Source of the DNA: Octopus sinensis
Taxonomy: Eukaryota
Direction: 5' to 3'
Assembly (NCBI RefSeq): GCF_006345805.1
Contig: NC_043021.1
Location: 1,116,001 to 1,180,000, forward strand
Length of the DNA: 64,000 nucleotides
Under the pieces are notes generated by a model. That model was not told the origin of the DNA. It saw only the letters and a list, made by a program, of their open reading frames with translations, and made no database searches. Position numbers and translations under genes: made by a program. This document shows, piece after piece, positions 23,047 through 35,620 of this stretch (within the stretch, counting starts at the first letter, position 1; the number at the start of each line of letters is the position of its first letter).

Positions 23047-24179
23047 CATAGACATGCAGGAAGTAAATAGACACCTTTCAAACTTTCTGATCTAAGTGTC
23101 TTAATATGTTTTCAGTGGTGTAGAATTTACAATGTAATTATTCCTTTCATTCCAGGTGCTATTATATTAAACATTTGTGAAGAGTAAGCATACCACGCAC
23201 AAAAATTCAGCAGAACTGTCAGATTTTCAAAGACGTCATATTGTCGGGCACTCTGAGGCTGGTCTTAACCAGCAAAAAATTGCCGAAAATCTTCAAATTT
23301 CTCTTGCTACTCTTAATAGAATTATAGTACAATTCAAAAGCCAAGGAAAAGAATCAACAGATTCTCATCCCAGCCAACCTTGGCCCTCGGAAAGGAAGCT
23401 TCACTGTTTGAAGAGAATTGTGGAAAACAAACCCCATTTGAAGGCTTCTGACCTGCAAAACAGCTAGAAGTTAGTCCAAGCTAGGGTATTATGGACGAGC
23501 AGCTAGAAGAAAACCTCTCCTTCAACCAATTAATATCATGAAAAGAAGGAAATGGGCTAAGGAGATTATTTTCAGACAGTGGATGTGTTTGGGTCTGGAG
23601 GTTTCCCAATCAAGAATTTGATTTGAAACAACTCCAACCAACTGTAAAACATGGCAGTATATCTGTAATGGTATGGGAAGCTGTCACCAGCAATGGTCGT
23701 TCTGAGCTGATCGAATGTGTTGGAACCTTAAACTCTGAAAAATACATCGAAATACTTAAGGAAGGTCTACTTCTGATGATGGGGTTCCATGCCACACAGT
23801 GAAAAGTTATCAATGGCTGACTGAAAATGGGATCAAAAAGCTTCCTTAGCCGAGCCAATCTCCTGACATGACCCCAATTGGAAATCTTTGGAGCATACTA
23901 GATAGAACTATATGAAAAACTCAACAGAAACCTAAATCTAAAGATGAATTGTTTTGATCGTTGCGTGAAAAGTGGTCAGAAATTCCACAAGAGACAATCA
24001 CAAAGCTCATCAGTTCAAAGCCGAAAAGAGTTTCTGAATTAAAAACTGCAAAGGGAATGTCAACTAAATACTAAAGTATGTAGTGCAACCTATCAATTAC
24101 ATTTCAATTGTTCGCTTTGTGTATTAAATAAAAGATTTTGAAAAATTAAAAGTGTCTATTTACTTCCTGCATGTCTGTG
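23047..24179 (+). mobile_element. Tc1-like transposon with both TIRs and an internally deleted transposase
   Basis: TIR CA(T/C)AGACATGCAGGAAGTAAATAGACAC at both ends, TA after the right end. Reads ELSDFQRRHIVG..SLATLNRII (HTH), TVKHGSISVMVW and *PSQSPDMTPIGNLW. Confidence 0.92.
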
Positions 24180-25096
24180 TATATATATGGCAAGAAATAA
24201 TTTTTGTCTCATTTATAGAAACAAAAGGGTTTATAGGACTGCAAAAAAAAGAAGTGCTGAAATGTAATTGAGATGAAGATAAAAAAAATAAAAACATTGA
24301 TCACAGAACAAACATCAAATTCGAGTCAATGACTTTCTATATAACGCCGTACCTCCAAACATTTGATCATATATATTACCATGACTCTTAAACATATATA
24401 TAGAATGGCCTATCAAGAAGGTATATACAATCGACTAAAAATTTTAAAGTGTGTCATGAGACGAAAAATCTAAATACAATAAAATATCAATTGACTAAAA
24501 AACATTTTTCTTACTCGCCTCAAACAAAACGTCAAAAAAGTTCATTTCATAAAATCCATGGTAGATTGGAGTTGAGGAGCAAATAGAGTTCAACAAAATT
24601 AAGTCAAACACACCTATGGCCATTTTGGGAGTTCATTGCCATGGTTTAATTATGAGTTGCATCACAGAAATGACCCCCTCATCAGGATGAGCAGGAAACG
24701 CAACAAATCATTCGTTCAGTGCTGCATGGCTAATTTAAAGATAGTAATCCATTACAGGACCAGTCCAAATCTTCTAACAAACAAAAAAACAAAAAAAGGA
24801 CGCACTCTTTTGTTTGAGGGGAGTAAGAAGATTTTTTTTTTTCAGTTGACTAATATTTTATTTTATTTAGATTTTTAGTAGCATGACAAGCTTTAGAATT
24901 TTTAGTTGATTGTATATACACCTTGATAGGCCGTTCTACACATCTACATTTTTATTTGCATAGATATTTATTACCTTCTGTGTTTTTTTATATATGTATA
25001 TTTTATGTCTTTTTTTTATATATGTATACTTTATGTCTTTTTTTTTTATATATGTGTACTTCATATGTCTTTTTTTATATATATTGTTATGAATAC

Positions 25097-25290
25097 CTGC
25101 GGTCGCTCAAACTCTTCGGAAACCCGGGACCCTACCAAGTCGAGCGACGACGATTGACCAGGCTCAGTCGAATGGAGAATTCGCCACAGAAAGAGAGAGA
25201 GAATTCGGTGGGGGAAGGCGGCAACCGGTGACCGGAGAGAACAACAACAAACAGCAACAGCAGGAAGAAATAGAGAGAGAGACACGGCGG
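25097..25290 (-). promoter_or_regulatory. Probable non-coding first exon and promoter-proximal CpG-rich segment of the GLT1D1-like gene
   Basis: The ATG exon has an acceptor upstream, so a 5' UTR exon is required. This is the nearest CpG/GC-rich island upstream. It ends in GCAG|gtattc and has no ATG. The 5' boundary is a guess. Confidence 0.55.
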
Positions 25291-25440
25291 AAGGCAATTT
25301 GGCTTACGTTTAACAACAGTAGTTTATAACAATTATTATGACATCAAATACAATGTAAAATACATCAGGTACATCAAAAAAAATACATGCAACAAAATCA
25401 ACAAGATCAAAGCATGCAGGTACAATATATATGTATATAC

Positions 25441-25593
25441 GTGCCACCTGTGTTGGCGTTAGGAAGGGCATCCAGCTGTAGAAACATTGCCAGATAAGAC
25501 TGGAGCCTGGTGCAGCCTTCTGGCTTCCCAGATCCCCGGTCGAACCGTCCAACCCATGCTAGCATGGAGAACGGACGTTAAACGATGATGATG
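25441..25593 (+). mobile_element. RTE 3'-end fragment with (GAT)n tail
   Basis: Same family as 7826-8039. Confidence 0.9.
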
Positions 25594-25711
25594 TATACTC
25601 TATATGTTTAAGAGCCATGGTAATATTTATATATGATCAAATCTTTGGAGGTATGGTGTTATATATAAAATCGTTGACTTGAATTTAATGCTTGTTCTTT
25701 GATCAATGTTT

Positions 25712-27045
25712 ATATATATATATAATATTATATTATATTAAATTAATAATATTTTCCTTATGTAAATATCGTTGTTTATGTAATGATCTAATTATCATAA
25801 TTTTCTATATTATTAGATATTAAATTTAAGTTTATTCGTAAGATACTACTTAGCGATAGATTCATGTATGATAGCAAATATATGAGGTGTCTAAAGTTAG
25901 GCTTTTGTATATACATGTATTAATTGTAGTTTTAAATTTATTATAATTAAAATTAGATAAACTTTGATAAACTTAGATATGTTTCGACTAAAGATTGGTC
26001 CAGGTTATGCCTAACTTAATAGCATAACTTAGTTATTGTCTTTTAAAATTGATATTCGCTAGTTATTCCCATTGATAATTATATTTATAGTATTTATTCG
26101 ATACTATATAACTACGAATTGATTATTTCTATAAGTATTTTACATAAGATTTCCGAAAATTCGTTTAAGTTTGTTTGTTTGTATTTTTGAAATTAGCTAT
26201 TTCATCTTTAAATATGAAAAATTAATTTATTAGGTTTTTATTATATGTGCATATATATTTATTTATAGAGATTATTTTAGATCTTAATTATAATATTTAT
26301 ATACATTTATATATTTTCATTGATAATTTATATATAATAGTTATTTAAAAAAAAAAATATTTATGTAATTAGATATAGACTATTACCGATATTAAATTAT
26401 TGGTGGGTTTCCTACCTTATAAATTAAAATTAATATTTAACATTATAAGTGATTTTGATATAATCATAATTGTTAAGTTTTAAGTTTCTAGTTTGATAAT
26501 AGAGTTTATTATAAGTAAAATTATTATATTATTTATATCTTAAAAATATTGTTTAAATATTTCTGATCATTTTAAAAATATTTCAATTAACCTGAAGATT
26601 GACTGTAACCATAACTCGGATTATTAACTGAATTTAAATTATTGTTATTCGAATTGGTACAGCCATGAAACGATCGTAGTGTTTTACTCTTTATCTTTTA
26701 TTAAACTTTTAATACTTTTGATATATATATAAAAAAAAATTAATTAATTAATAAATAAAATAATATATAAATATAAAAATATACATACATACATATATAT
26801 ATATATATAAAATTTATAAGTTTAAATTATTTAAATAATTTTTTATTTTTAACTTTTATATTTTAAATTAATTTTATGTATTGGCTTATGTTTTTCACTG
26901 TTTGATTTGCCTAATAGTGGTTTTATCTCTAATTTAATATAATATAATATAATATATTTATACTATAAAATTAGATTTAATCCTAAATCTCATTTTTCCC
27001 TGTAAGTTTGGATTTATTCCCTAATATTATTATTATTATATATAT
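25712..27045. other. Extremely AT-rich island of unknown origin
   Basis: Lines counted by hand have 5-20% GC. No recognisable ORF or RNA motif. Confidence 0.6.
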
Positions 27046-27046
27046 A

Positions 27047-27580
27047 CAGGGTGTCCATAAACTCTTTTTACAATTTACATGTTCCATGGTTTATTGAGAT
27101 AAAATCAGATACACAAACTCAACGAAACTACAGAACAAAGTATGGCACAAGAAATTTATGGAGACAGGGACAGTGTTAAATAGAAAGAGGAGTGGGTGAT
27201 CAAGAACATCTGAGGAAAACATTGACCGTGTAAGAGAAACCTTTTCTCATTCTCCCAGAAAGTCCATCCGTACTACTGCCAGACAGAGCTACACAAGTTT
27301 CTACACAAGAACCTGCGATTGTCTGCTAACAAAGTGCAACTCCTACAGGCAATTGAGCCAAATGATGGAACCAAGACGAAAAGAGTTTGCAGTTCACATG
27401 CTGCAACTGATTTCTGAAGATAAAACATTCCTCAGACGAGTTTGTTTTAGTGACGAGGCAACCTTTCATGCTTCAGGGAAACTGAACAAATACAATGTGA
27501 GAATCTGGGGGGTCAGAACATCCCCACATGAGTAGAGAAGTCCCTAAGTGAATGTCTGGTGTGAGATTATGTATCACCTG
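27047..27580 (+). mobile_element. 5' part of a Tc1/mariner-superfamily element
   Basis: TA|CAGGGTGTCC start. Reads TGTVLNRKRSG..SEENIDRVRETF..SPRKS and VCFSDEATFHASGKLNKYNVRIWG. Confidence 0.8.
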
Positions 27581-27903
27581 TATAGTTAACCAGGTGATAC
27601 ATGAAGAAGTCATACCCAATGACTGGTGTAGCAGCACCATAATCAACTGCTACAAAGGTAAAGGGGATGCATTAAATAGGAATAATTACAGAGGTATCAA
27701 ATTGTTGGACTAGGTGATGAAAGTCATGGAGAGGGTCATAGCCCAATTAGGGAGAGAGTTAGTTTAGACGAGATGCAGTTTGGTTTTGTGCCAGGGAGAA
27801 GCACCACTGATGCTATATTTCTGGTAAGACAGCTGCAAGAGAAATACCTAGCCAGAGATAAACCTCTATACTTGGCTTTTGTTGGCATAGAGAAAGCCTT
27901 GAC
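27580..27903 (+). pseudogene. RTE RT fragment
   Basis: [58 protein letters not shown]. Confidence 0.88.
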
Positions 27904-29958
27904 TTATTAATGGTCATAGCAAAGCAAAGTTGGACAGGAAACTGTAAACTCTTAAACTGGAAGGGCATATTAGGTGGCATAACAGGTATTCGAGGAATGA
28001 CGGTAGTTTCACCTTTACCACATCCAGTGAGAATAGTAGCCTCAATGCAGTTTCTCATACGTTTGTGAACAACAAGTCTTGTATCATTGCATAATTTTGG
28101 TTGAGACAAATTACATAGAAACATGATAGGAGCTCCTTTTCTCAGCTGAAGACAATGAGGTGTTCCTGGTGGCTCCAGTGAGTTCAAAAACTCGGACTGG
28201 ATAATTAACAATCTCCTCTTCATCAATAACTGTAACAATCGAGTTATAAGTTACCATTTCTCCTGGAAAGGCATTCAAGAGTTTGGGGTTAATGCTTTTT
28301 ATTGTAGCATTTTGGGGGACCATTATAGCTGGTTCACATATCCAATCTGCATTCTGGTAGTAAGACAGAAGATCTGGGAAGACCTTAGATACTAAATCCT
28401 CTACCGAATCAATCAAATTACAGATCGTATCAAGTTCAAGATACTCATCTTCATCAGTGACTGTTCTCCCTTCACCGAGTCTTAAAAGTATCTCTGCAAA
28501 TTCTTCAACTGATCGGTCTCCCGAAAGCTGTGCCCTCATATTAGTTGAAAGATGGAATGTTTGCATGTGGTGCCACAATGCTGAGGACTTTATGGGTGCA
28601 TTTACCTCATCCATTTTTGTTGCTTCAGGAACAACTGGGAGGGTCTGGCAGAAATCTCCTGTCAATAGTACTGTGGCTTTTCCCATCTGTGAATTATTGT
28701 TTCTAATGTCTCGTAAGGTTCTATCAACAGCTTGGAGGGCTCTCGTGTGGGCCAAGGTACATTCATCCCAAACAATTAAATCACATTTCTTTATCAGTTC
28801 GTCCATTCCATAATTTTTAGATATATTACAAACTGGATCTTCGTTGCTGCTTAAATTTGAAGGCAACTGGAACGTTGAATGGGCAGTTTGACCTCCTTGT
28901 AGTAATGTTGCAGCAATCTCAGAAGAAGCAGTCACTAAAGCTTTTCTATTCTGTTGACGGACTTCAGCCAGAAGAAATGTAGCTGTGAATGAACCACCTG
29001 GAGCATCTAGAAAATAAAGCCCTCCTCTAGAATTGTTAATGCTGTTTATGAGAGTAGAGTAGGCATGATGCTGATCTGGTAAAAACTTGGGAAGATTTTC
29101 ATTTATGTTGCCAATTCCATCAAATCATACAAAGTTTCCCTCATCACTTCATTGGACAATCTACTGAGTGACCCCTTTTTGTATGTGGAAGACCTAAATT
29201 TTCAATAGGCTCATTTCTCATTGAAACAATTTGATCGTCTTTTTCAATTAAAGCTTCATTGTATTTAGCATTGGTGAAATTAATTTCACAGTCAGGATTC
29301 CTTAGTTGCGCTTGGTGTTTAAAATCCTCAGCAAGAATCATTTCTGAACTTATTCCAAAGTTCTGGAGGATTGCTTACTTGACAAACTTTGAGAATAATC
29401 ACAAAAAGACATTTTAAACTCTTTGGTGTTCTTGAGAGGGAGCGGCTTCTGCTGCACATTTTCCAGTAAACTTAAAACAAGTTTCTTGAAATGTTTGGCA
29501 AACCTCACTTTCTATTTCTTTCAAACTTCTAAATGAAGTAGGTCCTCTTTCCTCACGAAGAAGCATTCTGAGCAAAAACCATTCATATTGGTTAGGATGT
29601 ATTGTATATACTCTACCAATTATTGTGTAAAACTTCATCCCAGGATCACCTTCGACATCTGAATTTCTTTTACCCTTTTTCAGCAATTATTACTCCACGT
29701 ATGTTAGGAAGGAACTTCATTGTAAAGAAGCGTTTTGGCAAAAATATCTTGCAGACAAAATTTGAAAAATACTGTTAATGTTGTTTCTTTTGGATTCAAA
29801 ACTTGGTTTGCAGCCGTCTCAACAGTAAAGTATATCCTCTGACCATTTTCTAAATGCACAGGGAATTGTTGAATAGCTGCGTATCTTTCGTGGATTGGGA
29901 ATCCAAAAATGCACCAAAAGCTCTCATTACTGCTAATATATCTTCCCACCTGGTACTG
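27900..29958 (-). mobile_element. Decayed Helitron Rep/helicase (PIF1-like) coding fragment
   Basis: RYISSNESFWCIFGFPIHER..VHLENGQRIYF; IGRVYTIHP..LRMLL..GPTSF; DAPGG; LIVWDECT; LTGDFCQTLPVV; LSTNMR; [27 protein letters not shown]. Confidence 0.93.
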
Positions 29959-30612
29959 TGTAACTTCATCCACCCCCTTCACAGAACTGATCAAGGGTAC
30001 CCCCATTGAATCCAACCAGACGATAAGTCTAGATGTGATAAGTCTGTTCACTAAAATCCCAACTGGTGAAACACTATCAGACATCCAGCTAAAAGAACGC
30101 ACTAGTATACCAATAAGGAACTGGATGGAAATGTTGACCTTCTGTGTAGAAACTACCTACTTATGGACACTGATATATATCGACTAGAAGAGAGTTTAGC
30201 TATGGGTTCGCCATTATCACCGATAATAGCCAATATATACATGGAATACTTTGAGACTTTGGCTTTCGAATCAACACCATTAAAACCAACCCCATTGCTG
30301 TGATATGTTGATGACACCTTTATACTCTGGCCCCACCAGGAAGATGTCCAAGTGCAGTTAGATCATGTGAACTCAATAAAGCCATCCCATACAGTTCTCA
30401 ATGGAAAAGGAAAAAGATAATCAGCTAGCATTCCTGGACATGTTAATAACAAGCACCAAATATGGATTCAGGACATCCGTATACCACAAGCTGACCTTCA
30501 TTGGATGATACCTCAACTTCAACTCCCACCATCCATACAGTGTGAACAGTGGGATTGCTCAGTGCCTAAAACATTGAGCAAAGAATATAAGTAGCAATCA
30601 TGATACCCAGTA
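29958..30612 (+). pseudogene. Penelope-like reverse transcriptase fragment
   Basis: SLDVISLFTKIP, LAMGSPLSPIIANIYME, *YVDDTF, LAFLDMLI, VYHK, YLNFNSHHP. Confidence 0.9.
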
Positions 30613-30614
30613 AG

Positions 30615-31210
30615 GTGGCAAGCTGCCAGGCAAAATGCTTTGCAGTATTTCATCTGTCTTTACATTCCGAGTTCAAATTCCACCGAGGTTGACTTGCCTT
30701 TAATCCTTTCGGGGTCAATAAATTAAGTACCAGTTACACACTGGGGTTGATGTAATCGACTTAATCCCTTTGTCTGTCCTTGTTTGTCCCCTCTATGTTT
30801 AGCCCCTTGTGGGCAATAAAGAAATAAGAATTGTTGGCATGCCAGGAGAAATGCTGAGCGATATTTCATCTGTCTTTACGTTCTGAGTTCAAATTCCGTC
30901 GAGGTTGACTTTGCCTTTCATCCTTTTTGGGGTCGATTAAATAAGTACCAGTTATGCACTGGGGTCGATATAATCGACTTAATCCGTTTGTCTGTCCTTG
31001 TTTGTCCTCTCTGTGTTTAGCCCCTTGTGGGTTGTAAAGAAATAGATATTTCATCTGTCTTTACGTTCTGAGTTCAAATTCTGCTGAGGTCGACTATGCC
31101 TTCAATCCTTTCGAGGTCGATAAATTGAGTACCAGTTGCGTACTGGGGTCGATCTCATCGACTGACTCCCTCCCAAAAAATTTCGGGCCTTGTGCCCCTA
31201 TAGTAGAAAA
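30615..31210 (+). mobile_element. Three consecutive copies of a tRNA-derived SINE
   Basis: GAGTTCAAATTC (B-box) followed by GTTGACTT..CCTTT..GGGGTC.ATAAAT..AGTACCAGTT recurs at about 30667, 30884 and 31069. Confidence 0.8.
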
Positions 31211-33067
31211 GAATTTTTCAACTCCGGTGTACATATGCAAAAAAATCACCTTCAAATTTATAATGCATGGAAGATCAATAATTAATAAAAAAAAAAAATT
31301 CCCTAAAGAGAGGAGGAAAGATGGAAGATATGGAAACAAAATGATGAGTTGTGGTGATGTGAGAGAGAGAGAGTAATGTAGATTATCGTTAATAACCTAG
31401 AGGTAGTAATAACAGAGAAAAGAAAGTTTAAAGGAATGAGAGTCTGGATCCAGTTTTTGGTGAATTTCTTTGAGGTTCAGATATAATTTAAAACTGAAGA
31501 AAACTATGCCACGATGTTACGTAACTGAAGACTGAACGGTTTCTGTCTTATAGAAATAGCAGTAAATCTAAAACCGTCAGAAAGGTGGATAATGTAGTGG
31601 AAAATACAATGGTTATAACTAGAATGCCTTGATTACATTGTGCGCAGTTAGGCGAATCTGGGACAAACAGCAACAACAATTGATGTGGTGAACGGCTTAC
31701 GTGGCCAGTCGCCGTGGCAGTGACAAATAAATGCCGGATTCTATCGATTTTCTTTCTCACGCAACAAAGCATTGCTGATAGAGACACACACACACTATAT
31801 AGTCAAGGTAGAAAATGCTAAAATAATTTTATAAAAAACATTTCAGTATCGGCTTCAGTCATTGAGACTTCTTCAACTGTAAACATGGGAGAGAAATTTT
31901 GGAAAAATTAAATAAAAAGTTTTTTTTTAAAAGAATATTTGCATAGAATTCAAATACAAGGGTCCTTGATTCTGCCTGTCTGTCTCTCCAGAATTCGTTG
32001 AAGCGATAAAGTTTCTATCCACATATACGTGGACAGATCACAGTGGCAAAAGCCGTGAACGTTCAGAGTTTAAATGAATTATACACACAACACCAGCTGT
32101 TGAGCTCTCCCACTTTGTCTTTGGGATGTAAACTGTAACGTGTGTGTATATATATATATATATATATAATATATATATATATATTATATATATATATATA
32201 TATATACTGGAGTAAGCACATAAATGTGAAACAAGGTGGAAAAAAGAGTACTCAAATACCAGAGGTAGAGTAATATGCTTTATTTAAAAGCGGCAGAAAA
32301 ATAACAAAAGCTGTTACTCAGAGTTTCACGTTCCCGACGAACGAGAGAATGAAACTTTAACAGCTTTTGTTAAATTTCTGCTGCTTTTAAATAAACTATA
32401 AATATTACTCTGTTTTTTTTCGTTGTTTAAAAAAATGTCCGTTTCCTTGGTTTTGTTTTTGTTTTCGTTTCTCATTGTGTTCGACGTTTTTTTGGTGTCC
32501 TGTACCCATATATGCATGTATATATACATATATATATATATATATGTAGGTACGTACATATATGTATGCATATGGTTTATTTATTATTTTGTTATATATA
32601 TATATAAATAAAATGTGCATTTGTACAATTTTAAGCGCTCGAATGTAGTATTGATAAATGATATAGAATACGAGAAAAGGTTACAAAAGCGAAAGGACAT
32701 TTAAAACAAGTGGAAAGGGCACCTGTGACCCACGAGGGAAAACAAACTTCAATTGTTATTGAAGGAAGATAAAACAGCGAGTTTTCTTACGAAATATGAG
32801 AAATAAATCATAATTCAGGTTGTGGTTAGAGAATAAAATGTTCGATTAGTTGCTAAAAGAAGCAGTTAATTACCAGAAGAAACTGTTAATTACCGGCAGA
32901 AAACGACGAATGAAGAAACAAAAGAAATTCTGTGAAGCATTGCAAGGGAGATAACTGCGGTGAGACGTCAAGTTACCTGCTTTGAAGGAGAGCAGGGGGG
33001 GGGGGTTTACGAGCACGTACACACGTGTCTGTGTGTGTGCGCGTGTGTTAATATTGTTTCCAAATTT

Positions 33068-33478
33068 GGATCTTTTCGGTTTGAGCGGCAGTTTTTTCTA
33101 GCGGTGTCATATGAAATTGTCACCCATAATTATGACCCTAGTATCGATCTATTGCATTTCAATCTGTTTTAGGGTTAGGGGTGGGGGGGAAGGGTATCTT
33201 TTTTTCTTCACAAATGTAAATAAACCCAATCTGTTTCTTAAACGAGGGACATATTCATACGGCACAGAATGTTTTTCACCTCAATAGACGTCATTGATTG
33301 ATCGAAATTGCAGAAATTGAAGAAAAAAACAACAAATATCTTACAAACTATAGAATTTTCTCAATAAAGCCAAGAGAAAAGATGTTTTATAAATACGTTC
33401 TACCAGTATACGAAGTTTAAAAGTATTTAGTTACATGGAAATTATTTTTAAAAACTGCCGTTCAAACCGAAATGATCC
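33068..33478. mobile_element. 411-bp MITE with ~30-bp TIRs and 8-bp TSD, possibly Merlin-like
   Basis: TIR GGATC(T/A)TTTCGGTTTGA(G/A)CGGCAGTTTTT. CCAAATTT is duplicated at 33060-33067 and 33479-33486. Inserted in a SINE. Confidence 0.8.
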
Positions 33479-33829
33479 CCAAATTTTGGTACAAGACCAG
33501 CAATTTTTAGGAGTGGGAAAAGTCAATACATCGACCCCCAATGTTGAAATGGTACTTATTTTATCGCCCCCGGATCGATGAAGCCAAGTGTCAATGCCGG
33601 TGGTAAATGAACTCAAAAGGTAAAGATGGGCAAAATGGCACTAATTATTTTGCTTGGCGTGTGATCGGTTCTGCCAACTCATCGTCTTACATGTATATGT
33701 TTTAATACTGGTTTCAAATTTTGGCAAAGGTCCAGTAATTTTGAGGACGGGGTAAGTCGATTACATTGACTTTAGTACTTAATTTGTTGCCCCTGAAAGG
33801 ATGAGAGGCTCAGTAATTAGTTGCTGACT

Positions 33830-34760
33830 CCTACTCATCAGTCCAAGTCCCAGACCTATATTCTTGTTTAGACTCTAAAGACTTACACTTCAGGACTTTA
33901 CAGTGAAACTCTCTAATTGTAGGAGGATGGAAAAGTCGTCAGTGATCTTTGAACAGTGACGTTGATGACAATGTATGCCCCGTGGCTGAGTTGAGGACGC
34001 TCAAGAGTTCTTCGTGAAAAGAAAAAGCTACCGAATCTCATGGTATTCTATCTGAGGGGCTGAAGAACTGTGACCTGGATGACATCTTAATAAATATATA
34101 TAGGATGACAAGCCACAACAATGGTCCCATTTGATCATATTCTGTTCCTAAATTCATTCTGCTTTCAAGATTGACAACTGCAGTGGAATCAATTTGACTG
34201 TATCTCATAAAGCTCCACATCTGGATGACCCTTGACCAAATAAGAGCACCTATTGACACCAAGCTGAGATAGAACTAGAACGGGTTCAAGGAAAAGCAGA
34301 AAATGTCATACAGACCCTTGCTCTTAGAGAATAGCAGACGAAGTAAATAAAGATAATTTAGAGCTGTTTTGGTATTTATCAACTTAAAAACAAGAAAAAA
34401 AACATTTGGTTCAATTCATTGGGATAAAATTATTAAGATGAAGATCTTGTTGCCATACAAAATTCATCTTGATACTCTTCGAGCCATTGAGGGTATATGC
34501 GTCTAAATATGGGACGAATGATCACACTAGACAAGGAAATTGAAATATTTGATTTGAGCAGTGGGGGTTCGCCAAGGTGATACGTTGGCTTCCTTCGTCT
34601 TTCTCAGAGATGGTCTCCAGTTTACTTAGTGTACACCAAAGAAGTTCAACGAAGTTGGTTTTGTGACACTGATCTGGAGTTTGTCGATGATATTGCTTCA
34701 CTATCGAATGAAATCAAACATGCTCAAGCCCTTCTGCATATTAGAGAGTTCAGAAAAGAT
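33830..34760 (+). pseudogene. Heavily decayed RTE-like LINE RT from a different subfamily
   Basis: LKNCDLDDIL..; GVRQGDTLASFVF; DLEFVDDIASLSNEIKHAQALL. Confidence 0.7.
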
Positions 34761-35142
34761 TTCACCGGCAGAGCCTGTGGTTGCATTACTTTCAAAAACC
34801 GGTTTTGTCTCTCACAAAATTTTATTTGCAAGGAAGAGGTTAACACGTCATGTGCAGAGAATGCCATCAGCTCCACCCAAGTATTGCTACCTTTTATGTT
34901 TAAATGTATGTTCATCTATTGACACACAGAAAAATCCATTCTGGGCGAATGCACAAGGGCGGAGCCGTCATTGGTGAAATTCTTGATAAATGTATGTGCC
35001 ACGTTTGCCACAAACAATTTAGAGCAGTCATGACATGGAAACCACTGAAAAGCATACGATAGAGAAACGAGCCATATCTGACGGAGGTCTTTCAAACGAC
35101 GAAACAGTGGTAGTGCTCGAGATGATCTGACGGTCACTACAG

Positions 35143-35213
35143 TATATACATACATGCGTACATACATACATACATACATACATACATACATACATAGATA
35201 TATACATAGATAT

Positions 35214-35244
<31 letters not shown>

Positions 35245-35435
35245 CATAGATATATACATACATACATATATACATATACATACATATATACATACATACA
35301 TATATACATACAGACATACATACATACATACATACATATATACATACATACATATATACATATATACATACATATATACATACATACATACATATATACA
35401 TATATACATACATATATACATACATACATACATAT

Positions 35436-35466
<31 letters not shown>

Positions 35467-35586
35467 CATACATATATACATACATACATATATCCATAGA
35501 TATATACATACATACATATATACATATACATATATACATACATACATACATACATATATACATACATATATATATACATACATATA

Positions 35587-35620
<34 letters not shown>

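Larger units (their letters stand above)
24291..25711. repeat. Pair of ~112-bp inverted repeats (24291-24403 and 25600-25711)
   Basis: AAACATTGATCACAGAACAAACATCAAATTCGAGTCAATGAC...CTTAAACATATA and its diverged reverse complement. Confidence 0.85.

Noticed and set aside
25712-27045. Confident NUMT call
   Set aside because: I found no mitochondrial rRNA, tRNA or protein motif. It is kept only as one untested option.
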